A stretch of DNA of 56,631 nucleotides, counting the filler, from Jimgerdemannia flammicorona (lineage: Eukaryota): assembly GCA_003990765.1 (NCBI GenBank). It is 3 parts of 3 records of this genome, joined end to end, with 100 filler letters (N's around TTAATTAATTAA, not from the genome) between each part and the next. Parts side by side here need not be neighbours in the genome. Positions count along the whole stretch, not along the records: positions 1 to 18,813 come from RBNJ01002107.1; positions 18,914 to 37,724 come from RBNJ01002108.1; 1 more part is not named here. One strand, 5' to 3'. The translations under genes were made by a program, and so were the position numbers. Position 1 is the first letter of the stretch. Every line of letters begins with the position of its first letter. Under the pieces are notes generated by a model that was not told the origin of the DNA, searched no databases, and worked only from the letters and a program-made list of their open reading frames with translations. This document shows positions 12,166-23,500 of the stretch, piece after piece.

Positions 12166-15100
12166 TGTGATAGTTGATCTAAATCAGGAATATAAATTAG
12201 AGAAATAGATATTTAATTACAGTACTTGAATCTGATTCCAAAATATAATATAGCCTTATAAATAGCAGTCATATTTTATAAACATTAAAGTTTTTACAAA
12301 TGATAAACTCTTCACAAATATTGAGATTTCACAGATGTTAAAGTTTTGACAATTGTCAAAAATTTAATAGATATCAAGAATTAATATTTATAAAAAGTAA
12401 CTTACAGGAAATATAGTCATAACTTAGTTACCTTATTTAGTAAACTTATATAAATATCTCCAGTATTTAGAATAAATAAAACCTCAGATTGAAATAGTTC
12501 TAAGTAAAGAAAAAGTAAGAGAACTAGTAAGCCTGCAGGCAGATATATAGAACTTACTCACTCTTGTATCCTAAGAACTCTGTAGAGTCAAAGAAGATCA
12601 AGTTTTTAAGATATAGAATTCTGATATACTTATACAGTTATACATCTACTATATTATAACCTGGTATCCATTGACTGGTAATTTAAGATGAATTTCTCAC
12701 TTTCAAGCTAGATAATGAATAACCACACAAATCAAACCAAAATATCTAGATAATATAGATATGAGATCACTAGTATCTATAGATATATCTTAGATAAATC
12801 AATCACTATATTCATTGATGACTTTGAGCAGTATGGACCCTAACAGCAAGATAGCAAGTAGCCCTCATTTCCTTCAGTCTCTAAGAACCAGCAAGAGCAG
12901 AATTTACAACTATAATCTATATAGAAATATTAATAATACCATACTAGCAATATAGAAGACCTGGCTCTGAACTATCTATTATATAGATAAGATCAAGCAA
13001 GCTCTAAAGAATCAGCTCAATATAATATATTAAGAAATGAGTAAGGATTCAAACATATTATATACAAGAATCTAATATTAGATAATCCTTATAGATTATA
13101 CTGCTGCTATTCTAAACTAAGTAGTAGAAGTAATCTTTATAAAAGAAGTCTATCCAGAGATAGTTCTGGTTATCTGCTTATTATCAGTAGTTCTGGATCT
13201 AGCACAAAAGATCACCTATACAAAATAATACTGGATAGCCAGACATCTATAAGACTATATAATAGAAAGAGTCACTGGAGTCAGAATTGAAATACTTAAG
13301 GCAACCAGTGTGATTTCTACCAAAGTGATCAATTGAAACACACCTCAGCCAAAAGCCATATATATATAGAATAATAGAGAAACAGTGACCCTATAGAGTA
13401 ACTTACTAAGAAGTTTGTCAAAATAACTATCCATCTTAGAGATATTGTAAAGAAAATTAGAAAAAGAGATAGCTACCCAGTTCAGAAGTTTGCTACCACC
13501 CCAAACAAGAAAAGAGATACCTGTTATACTTGTAGAGAAGAAGGCCACTACTCACATAAATATATGAGTAAGACCAAGTACAAAGCTTAGTCAAGTAATG
13601 CTATAAGAAATAATGAACAGGCCAATACTATTACCTTTGAAGAAATTAGAGAATCAGATGAAAAAGAATAGAAAGTCTACCCCACTAAGACTATCAAAAA
13701 GAATGTTTACAAGTAACTCTATAAGAGATCTCCAGAGAGACTCAAGATGAGCACTGTGGAAAAATAGATGGAAACTATTACAGAAAGCTAAGATGAAGAA
13801 ATAGAATCAAGATATAGAGCTGAAACAGGCTATTTAAGATATCATTTGAGAAACTACTCCAGCTAGTGAAGGAGAAAAGAAGAAAAAGCTCCACAAGATC
13901 AAGACTTTCAAGTATGATATCTTCAAGAACCTCAGTCAATATAAGGTCAATATAATGTTTGGCCAGTTAGCAGAAATACAAATATTTAGATAGCAAATAA
14001 GATATAGACTTGCTGAGATAACTAAGAAACAAGAATAGAAAATAACTGAGGCCAATAATATTCAAGAAGACTCTGGAGAGAAGAGCAAAAATAATTACAA
14101 GACATCTGCCTCTATACAATGTATCAAATTTAAGATAGAATCTTTGAGGCTATTATTGATACTAGAGCAGGAGAATGCCTTCTCAGCAAGAAAGCAAGAC
14201 TGCCTAGGTTGAGAGGTTGAAGAAGTAACCAAATTAGTATTCATTATAGCAGATAGTATAAGAGACATATCTCTAGGAAAGATCCAAGATATTTCCATCA
14301 AGTTTGGAGGAGCAACCATCTCAGTAGTTATAATTATAACTAATACTACTAACTATAACATTCTTATCAGCAATCAGTGGCTTTATAAAGCTAGAGCAAT
14401 AATTGACCTCAATGCCCAGAAGATGTAGATCATCTACCAAGGTCAGGAGATATGAATTCCCATCAATATCAACAAAGGAGTACTGCCTGAAATAGAGAAA
14501 GAAAGCAAGTAAGAAACCTATATAGTAACTACACAGAAAAAGAAGAAGAAAGGATAGATTAGTGAAGAAGAATAGTATAAAAAGATCATTAAAGAGTATG
14601 TATCACAAGGAGTCTGCCCTCATGGAATCAAGATATACTATATGAAATACATTGATAATTGCTACCAATATATCAGCAGAATTAAGAAAATCTACTAAGA
14701 AAGAAGACAAAAGACTCTTGAAAAATAGGCAAGACAAGAAAAGAAAGAGGAAGAGAATGATAAATCAGTAGCCCTCCTAGAGGACAGTAATAATGAAGAA
14801 GAAATCAAGGTCAAGATTTGGAAAATCCACTCTAATATAGTTCTATCAGAATATAAGTCAGAGAATATAGCTGAAATAGATATTACCACAGTAGAGAAAA
14901 CTGTACTAGAGTCCTAGACAACTACCCTGCTTGTAATGGGTCTGAAAATGACCATTCTAAAGGACCATATTAGGGTCCTCAAAACAAGAAGTAGTCTGGT
15001 TAAGAGTGAGATTACTATTGAAGGAGGAGTCATCAATTTAGACTATATTAGAGAAATACTACTCATTACTAGGAACTACAATCCTATGATTCTGTTTTCA

Positions 15101-15227
15101 ATCAAGAAGAAGGACTAATTGGTTCAAATGTTAACTTCTTAGTTCTTCAGCCAAAGATCATAGAAGTCAAGAAGTTGGAGGAGAAGAAAAGGATTCTGAT
15201 CTACTGAAAGAGAAGTATTTGCTAGCA

Positions 15228-15229
<2 letters not shown>
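12166..15229 (+). mobile_element. Heavily eroded Ty3/Gypsy copy related to family A: 5' LTR (12166-~12658), PBS, gag, protease, Cys/His module, dUTPase; cut by LINE tail
   Basis: Colinear with the reverse complement of ~23230-26310. LTR starts TGTGATAG, the shared leader follows it, and dUTPase motifs RSSL and GGVINLDYIREI are visible (ORF 14936-15118). Many C>T/G>A stops. Confidence 0.85.
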
Positions 15230-15262
<33 letters not shown>

Positions 15263-18200
15263 GTCCCTTGGACTGCCCTTTATTACTGCCGTCTATAATT
15301 CTAACAATACAATGTCACCCCAAACCCTCAACCAATGCCCCATGGACCCAACTCTCCCCTCTTGACCTCCCCCTGCCCAAGTACAACCCAACCCCCCACT
15401 ACCTGAATCCTCCCACCACTCTTTCAAGAGATACACTATACCAAACTCCTGTGATTCTCCCCACCTGGCCCCCACCCTTGCCACCAGCTATTCAAAATGT
15501 CCAATAATAACCATTCCCAATGCACCACCTTGTCCCCAACCCCAACCCACCATCTCTCCTCAAATACATGAACCCAATACCCAGCCAACCCAACCCACAT
15601 AGCCAGAGCCCAACCAAGGATCAGCCATTTGTCCCCAACCCCACCCATCAGTCTCTGGTGGAGCTCTCTCCATCTCCCCCCTTCCCCTCCCTCCAAGGCA
15701 CACAACTCTAACCGATTCATAATATATCTCCAAAACTCCTCCAAAACCTCGCACTCACTAAGCCAATGTTCAGGTATTTGTACCACTCCTCCCTCCTGAC
15801 CAACATTGAAACATTCCTTACACTCAAATACTCTACCATCCACTAAGTGCCCAGACCAATAGTTCAACATCACATTCTGCTGTAGGACTTGCCACCACAC
15901 CACCCAGAACTTGGGGGGCAGCCACTGCCTTACTTGTTTGCTCCAAAGCCAGAGTCCATTCCAATCCCACTCCTCACCAATTCCAACCCTCTGCCAGGCT
16001 TCAGGCCACAGGTCTCCACCCAAGCCCTGCAGACACTCCATACTCTCGCCAAGCTGAAAATCCTCCACTGGAACACCACTCAGTAGAAGCCTGTCCTACC
16101 ACCACATCTGTGGTCCCCAATCCTCCTCGGCTTCATCACCTTGCCACCAAAGTCCAATTTTCTTAGCACCATCTACCACCCCTAACCAAAAGCCTGTAAA
16201 CCGCATCCTTCTGCTCCCATCCATGTTCACCATCACAAGCAGGTCACCAGAGTCACCATGAGGGGAATACTGAACCTCCCACAACCTCTGCATGAGTAGC
16301 ACCCACTCCCAGCCCCTTAGCTCACTTGCTCTCCTCAACCACCAAGCTCTCAAGCAGTGAAGCTGCTTAGTGAAATCAACTAAACCTAGCCCACCTCTTT
16401 TCATGGGCAGTATGAGCACCTCCCAACCCACCTGGCTTTGCCACCCTCCCCAGATCCATGACCTCACCATCTTCAACAGCCCCCTGACCACCCAAGTTGG
16501 GAAATCCAAATGATACCCCACATACCACAGCTTCAGCATCCAATACACATTCAGCACCATCACCCTTCCAGCTAGAGATATATGCTGACCTCCCCATCAC
16601 AGCAGAACATTTCCCCACTCCAGAAGTTGCTGGTTCCACCATGCATGGGGAAGAAGAGATCCAAACACCAAGAAGTAGATCCCCAAATACCACACTGGAT
16701 CACCAGCCAGCACCACCATCCCAATTACATCACCACCAATAATTCCAGCACCCAGCACCAGAGTCTCACATTTGTGCCAGTTTAGTTTAGCACCAGAACT
16801 CCTCTCATACCATTTCACAGACCTCTGTAACTCTCCCACATCCATCAAGGAGCCCAGCCCGACCACCATATCATCAGCAAAGGCCCCCACCTTCCAATTA
16901 ATCCCTAAAATGTCCAAACCCCCAATCCAATGCTGAATTCTGTCCAGTAGGGGCTCCAAGGAGAGGGCATACAATATGGGTGACAAGGGGTCCCCTTGCA
17001 GCACCCCCCACCTCAGGGGAAAGGTCACTCCCCTGTGGCCATTGATGACCAATGCCACCTAACTGTCCTCCAAGAGACTGATCAATGACCCTCAAAACCC
17101 TGGGGGGAGATCAATCCATTTCAGTACTCCCTCTAGCCAGATCCTCCGCACTCTATCATAAGCCTTCTCTTGATCCAGAAATACCAACTGGCCATCCACC
17201 CCTATAGCCCAGGCACCTTCAATCACTCCATATACCCAAGCTGTCCCATTGCAAATCAACTGGTCACTGACAAACTCATGCTGCTCTACACCAAGCACCT
17301 GCTGAGTGATTTCTTGCAGCCTCATTACTAAGATCTTCATCACCAGTTTGCAGTCCATGTCTAGTAGCATGATCAGCTGCCAGGTCTTCCAATCTTCCTG
17401 CCTTCTCTTATTCTTGTAGAGCAAGGAAACTAGTCCTAGGCACTGGCCCCCAATCCAAGTACCAGACTGAAGAACCTCATCACACATAGCAGTCATTTCC
17501 TCTAGCACCTTGCCCACCCCAGCCATCTTCTTCCAAAAATCCCAGATGAGCCCATCCTCCCCCGAAGCTGTCCTCTTACTAGTTGAGGCCACAATCTTGC
17601 AAATTTCCTCTCCACTCACTGGGTCCCCCAAAGCCCCTAGACCAATCACAGGGTTTGGGTGCCAATCCCCCAGCTGCCTTTCAATGTCTAAAGCATCTAC
17701 TCCTTCTTCCTCCTCACTCTATAGATTCCCCCAATAGGTTCTCAGTATACCCAGAATTGCCAGAGTCCCCATCACTAGCTCGCCATTTGTATCCAGAACT
17801 CCTTCTCACTGCTGCTTTATTTGTTGTGCTTGTAACAACTGCATTAAAAACTTAGTAGGCCTCTCCCCCTCCTCAAGCTCCTGCCACTACAGTCAGCCCA
17901 CTATCTCCTGCAGCCTCACCTCCTCCCTTCTTAAAACTCCTTTAAGCTCCTCCACCTCCTTTTGGATTTGCACAATATGTCAATCAGTCACCTTCCTATC
18001 TTCTAGCACACCTGCCCATCTCTCCATGAGTACCACCAGATGCTGTGAGGCCCACATCATCCACTGTTGTCACTGGGCACACCTTCCTTTCCCTGCTTCC
18101 CTCCAATACCCCTGAGCATTTGCCTTCAGTCTCCTCTAGCAGTCCCCAATCCCCAGGCCCTGTTCCCACCACCTTCTGATATTTCTGACAACATCCATTT

Positions 18201-18813
18201 CCCAACCCTCCCACAGAGCTCTATCCTCCAACAATGAAGAATTTAACTGCCAATGTCCAGGCCCATCCTCACTTCCCCCAAACCTCCCTCCTCCAAGCAG
18301 CCCCCAGTGATCAGACTATGGACACCAAACTACCTCCAGCACTATCCAGACATCTGCTCCCCAATACTCTGCTGTCAAAACCCAGTCAATTCTAGAACCC
18401 AGCCCTGCTGCCCAATAGGTGTACACCTGCCGATTGTCCCAAAACTGTCTTCCCAAGTCCACTAAAGAACTCAACCTCTCTGTCTCCAACCAGTCACCCA
18501 ACCCATCACTCTCACTCTGCATGTCTCTCTCTCTATCTGTTCTATCTATCTCCTTATCCCGTACTATGTTGAAATCACCCCCCATGCAGTCCAACCCAAC
18601 CTCTCTCAAGACACTGGCCTCTTTCAACCTATGAATCCAATCCACCCTCTCCCCTCTCTCAGCTGGGCAGTAACAAGACCCAACTGTCAATGAGCCCCAT
18701 CTAGATCTCTTCCACACTCCCCACACCACCCAAGACCCCCAATGTCCAATGTCCCCAATGTCCCTCATCCCTTTCTGAATGAGAATACCCACTTTCTCCC
18801 TCCATACCACCCC
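15230..18813 (-). mobile_element. Non-LTR retrotransposon (L1/Tx1-like ORF2: APE endonuclease, RT, C-terminal CCHC), degenerate; 5' end lost in gap
   Basis: GGDFN and SRIDW (endonuclease); LDQEKAYDRV, GVLQGDPLSP and FADD (RT); CKEC..EHWLSEC. AATAAA then a poly(A) tail seen as a T-run at 15230-15259. Stops and frameshifts present. Confidence 0.92.
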
Positions 18814-18913
18814 NNNNNNNNNNNNNNNNNNNNNNNNNNNNNNNNNNNNNNNNNNNNTTAATTAATTAANNNNNNNNNNNNNNNNNNNNNNNNNNNNNNN
18901 NNNNNNNNNNNNN
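18814..18913. other. Assembly gap with artificial TTAATTAATTAA spacer
   Basis: 44 N + TTAATTAATTAA + 44 N = 100 nt. Confidence 0.97.
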
Positions 18914-18960
<47 letters not shown>

Positions 18961-18974
18961 TCTAGATAACTAGA

Positions 18975-19405
18975 TTTAATTTAAGAAATATTTTATTTTA
19001 TCTTGATATTTAATTATAAGAGTACTAATATCTTTGTCTATCTATCACTAGCTTGTAGCTATCTATACTATCTTATAGTCCATTGCTATCTTACAGTCTA
19101 TTGCCATCTTATGATCTATTATTATCTTGTAGTCTATTATCATCTTGCAGTTCTTACAGCTATCTATACCATCCTGCAGTCCTTTTAATTCAAGTAAGAT
19201 TTTATTTTATCTTGATATTTAGTTATAGGAATAACTCTAATATCTTTATCTATCACTAGCTTGCTGCTATCTATGCTATCTTATATTCTATTACTATCAT
19301 ATAGTCTATTGCTATCTTATAGTCCATTGTTATCTTATAGTACTTTGCTATCTTGTAGTTTATTACTATCTTATAGTCCTTGCAGCCATCTATACCATAT
19401 TGTAG
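18975..19405. repeat. Two-level tandem repeat: ~210-bp duplication, each copy holding 18-bp units
   Basis: ttttattttatcttgatattt..tatcactagcttg occurs at ~18990 and ~19200. Each is followed by several ctatcttatagtc(c/t)attg-type 18-mers. Confidence 0.7.
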
Positions 19406-19578
19406 TTTATTTACTAATAGAGATAGTGGAGGCAGTGGAGGATGGGGTAGCAGTATTGATAATAGAGCTCAATCCATTAATATAGGTAGTAGAGGAGACA
19501 GTAGAGGAGATGGTAGAAGAGATAGTAGATTGGTATAGGAGAGAGGTAGTATATTATTATAATAGAATATATATATAT

Positions 19579-20054
19579 TGTAACGTAGTGGATGCTTACT
19601 CTTGAAAGTATGTCAGATTTCTGTATCTTGAAAACTTGACTGTTCTGACTCTCGCAGAGTCTCTTGAAGTTGCAGGGGAGGGTGGGTGAGTTCGAAGTGT
19701 ATCTGCTCACAGGCTTACTAGTTCCTTTGCTATCTCTTTGCTTTGAACTATTTCGATCTGAGGTTTATTCACTCAAAGATACTGGGTTATTTATACAAGT
19801 TTGCTAGCTATGAGAGGGTGGCTAAGTAATAAATGAGTCATTTGGACTTTGTCGAAACATTTGGACAATGTCTAAATACTATACTAAATTGGGACATTCA
19901 ATTTGGATAATGTCTAAAATTTAGACAATGTCTAAGAATTTTGACAATATCGAAATCAGCGACTGCTAACTATAAGGCTATACTACTTTGGGAATGGGTG
20001 CGATCAAGTGTCTATTCCCTATTTCCTTCTTCCAAATTTAGCTGTACCATCACA
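19579..20054 (-). repeat. 3' LTR of family A element
   Basis: Direct repeat of 25835-26310 with ~22 mismatches by manual count. Confidence 0.95.
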
Positions 20055-20133
20055 ACTTCCTCCTGAATAGATGGTCTCGTCCCTGAGGCATCTATTCAAA
20101 CTCCCAGGCTTCAACTGTCTATATGGTCTTGTA

Positions 20134-20553
20134 CTATGCAATTTGCTGCATGACTGTTTCCCAATGATGTCTTCTCACTTTCTCGAAGTCAGTAGGGGTT
20201 ACTTCTCTCAGATGGTCTATTGCTGGTTCATCTTCTCGGAATAACTTGTGGATCCTTTTGGCGATAGTGATCTGTGAGTAGGAGAGTTGACACTCAGCAA
20301 TCCAGTCCTCCTTGGTCTTTGCTGGATCCTGATTGAGCACCTGTCCAAGCTTGAAGTACTCTTGGAATTCTGCATGATACTGATAGGCTCTAAAGTGCGA
20401 GATCCGAGAGAGATGGGTCTGTACAATACTCTGAATATCCTCATAGTATGGCTCTATGGTTGGAGGCTCAGTGGTGTGCCATTGTCTATCAATGGCTCTT
20501 TGGGCAGTACTAGTGATCTTGAGTGCCATTGCAGTACTTTTGTTACTGGCCAT
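20134..20553 (-). CDS. Uninterrupted 139-aa accessory ORF between integrase and PPT; function unknown
   Basis: ATG overlaps the pol end (pol TAA at 20543-20545). No TM or signal segment. Ungapped similarity to the family B LTR ORF. Confidence 0.75.
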   Translation of the reverse strand: MASNKSTAMALKITSTAQRAIDRQWHTTEPPTIEPYYEDIQSIVQTHLSRISHFRAYQYHAEFQEYFKLGQVLNQDPAKTKEDWIAECQLSYSQITIAKRIHKLFREDEPAIDHLREVTPTDFEKVRRHHWETVMQQIA

Positions 20554-23500
20554 GATATTTCTTGAGTCGGTTTCGGTGAATGGTGGTGGGGATTATTGTG
20601 CCTGAGGGTTTCCATAGCCAAAAGGTGGTCCCTTTTATATCTTGCACAAGGTAAGGTCCTTCCCACTTGGGCTCCAGTTTTCATGACCATGAAGCTTCTA
20701 CCATGTTCGGATATACTAGGACTTTGTCTCCTATCTTGATAATCTCCAAGGGCTTGTGGGTCTTTTCCGCATTCCTCCGTTATAGTATCTGTGCCTTGGT
20801 TATGTAATCCTCAGCCTTCTTCCTGATTTGGTGTAGTCTCCGTATTTCTATATCCACATGTTTCCATACAGCATCTCTATTGGATGATAGGGTTTCTTGA
20901 GAACATTCTTCTCCAAACAGCATTTCTTGAGGGGTAAAGTGGGTACTTTGTGATCGGATATCCCAGAGAGCAGATAATGCTATTGGCAGATAGTGATCCC
21001 AGTTCTCATAGTTATCACAGATCTTGGTGATAACATTCTTGAGGGTTTTGTTGGTCCTTTCTACTTGTCCGTTTCCTTGAGGGTGATAGGCTGTGGTCCG
21101 AATGTGCTGGATCTTGTATTTCTTGGAGAGAACTTCGAAGAACTGGTTCATGAATTCTGTTCCTCTATCTGTAGTTACTTATGTTAGGGTCTTGAACCGA
21201 CAGATGATTTCCTTATGGAAGAAATCGGCGATTGACTATGCATTGGCTTCCTTGAGGGGTCCTGCTTCTATCCACTTCATAAAAAGGTCTACAATGACAA
21301 TGATATATTGGTTACCAGTCAGGGTCAAGGGTAGAGGGCTGATTACATCCATTGCTATATGGGCAAATGGTACTGGTTCTATGTGTGCTGATCCTGGAGC
21401 TTGATTCCGTTAGTCTTGTTTCTGTTTCTGGTATTTGTTGTATGTTTTGATGAATTGTCTGATATCTTCCTCTATCCCTGGCCACTATATTATTCTTCTT
21501 GCCTTATTGTATGTATTCGTTCCTCCTAGATGGCCAAGTTCATGTACTGATTTCATCGCTTGCTCCTTCTTGTGTTCTGGTATGACTAGTAGTTTTCCTT
21601 TCTTCAGTGTTTCTCCATTGGTTTTGAATTGTTTCCATGTCCTGTTGATAATTGTTTGTGTCCATTCTTCCAGATGTTGGGGCATCTTTCGCTGTCCTAG
21701 GTATGTGATAATTCCATAGTAGAGCTCCTTATTCATGATTGATCTGTTGGTTGGAGGTAGTTCAAGGTGTCCATGAGAGAGTATCTGCATTGGAATTTGT
21801 TCTTCTAGGGCGGTATACAATGGTTATATCATAGGCTTGTAACTTCATTATCCATTTGGCATAGATTCCTTTGGGTTGTCCAGTTGTCAGTAGCCAGGTG
21901 AGAGCTGAGTGGTCCATCTGGATGGTGAAGTGTCTTCCAGCCAAGTAGTAGTGGAACTTTTCTATGGCCCAGATGACTGTGAGGCATTCCAACTTGTAGG
22001 ACTCGTATTCTTTTTCAGCTCCTCGGGTTCTGCAGCTAAGATATGCAATAACATACTCCTTTTTGTCTTCTTTTTGAGCTAGGACTGCTCCTAGTCCCTG
22101 TGCACTTGCATCCATCTGAAGGATAAATTCTTGGGTCCAATTGGGTCGTCTGAGGATAGGTGCCTGGGTCAGTCTGACCTTGAGTTCATCAAATGCTTTC
22201 TGTTGTCTGCTAGTCCACTGGAACTTGGTATCCTTCTTATTGAGTTCGTAGATTGGACCTGCGATGTTGGAGAATCCTCTAATGAATCTGCAATAGTAGG
22301 AGGCAAGTCCCATGAAGGCTTGGGCTTCTGTAACAGTGGTGGGTCTTGGGTATGCTGCCACTGCTTGTATCTTGAGGGGGTCTGTGTGTGTTCCGTCTCG
22401 ATTGATAATATGGCCAAGATAGGAGATCTCGATTTCTGCAAACTTGCACTTCTTGGGTTTGATATAGAGGCCATGTTGTCTTAGTCTCTCCATTATCTAC
22501 TGTATGTGCTGCAGATGTTCCTCAGGTGTCTTGCAGTAGGTGATTACGTTGTCAACATAGACCATCATCCATCTTCCCATGTCATAGTGGAAGATTTTGT
22601 TCATTATATGCTGGAAGCTTGCTGGTGCATTGCACATTCCGAATGGCATTTGTAGGTAGATGTAGGTTCCGTCTGGGGTGATGAAGGCTGACTTTTCACT
22701 TGCCATTTCTGTGAGTCTGATTTGGTAAAATTCTGAATATAAGTCCAAGGTGCTATAGTACTGTGCTTCATCTCCCAGTATTATAAAGATGTCACTGATG
22801 AGTGGCAGTGGTTGGCAATCCTTCTTGATAACTGCATTGAGCTTTCTGTAGTCGACACAGAGCCTTGGGGCAAATTCTCCAGGTTTGCTTCCTTTTTTCG
22901 GAGCTAGTACAACTGGTGAAGACCAGGAGCTACTGGCTTCTTTGATGATGCCAGCTTCTTCTATCTGCTTGATTTCTTCTCTGAGCCATTCTCGGTAGGC
23001 TGGTGGGACAGGTCTTGCTTTCTGGTAAATTGGTTCAGTGTCTCCAGTATCTATCTCGTGATAGTAGTATGGGGTCTTTCCCTTGATATCCTTGAAATCT
23101 GTGGCAAAGACATCCTCGAATTCGTGGAGTATTTTCTTGAGTTCCTCCTTGAGTGGGAATTCATCTCCAATTGTGTAACTGTGCTTGCTCATGTTTTCCT
23201 CCTTCTTATGCTCGAGTTCAGTGATCTTGGTGCTGGCGAATACTCCTCTTCCTGTGGATCTGAATCCTTTCTTTCCTCTTTTCATTTCCTCCAGATTCTT
23301 GACTTCTATGATCCTTGGCTGTATGATCGGGAAGATCAACATCTGTGCCAATCGGTCCTTCTTCTTGACTGGGAATGGAATTGTAGGATTGTGGTTCCTA
23401 GCAATGAGTAGAATTTCTCCAGTATAGTCTGAATCGATGACTCCTCCTTCAATTGTGATTTTGCTTCTAGCCAGGCTGCTTCTTGTCTTGAGAATCCCGA

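Noticed and set aside
18858..18869. TTAATTAATTAA palindrome (also 37769-37780)
   Set aside because: Centred in N runs of identical size; an artificial all-frame stop linker.
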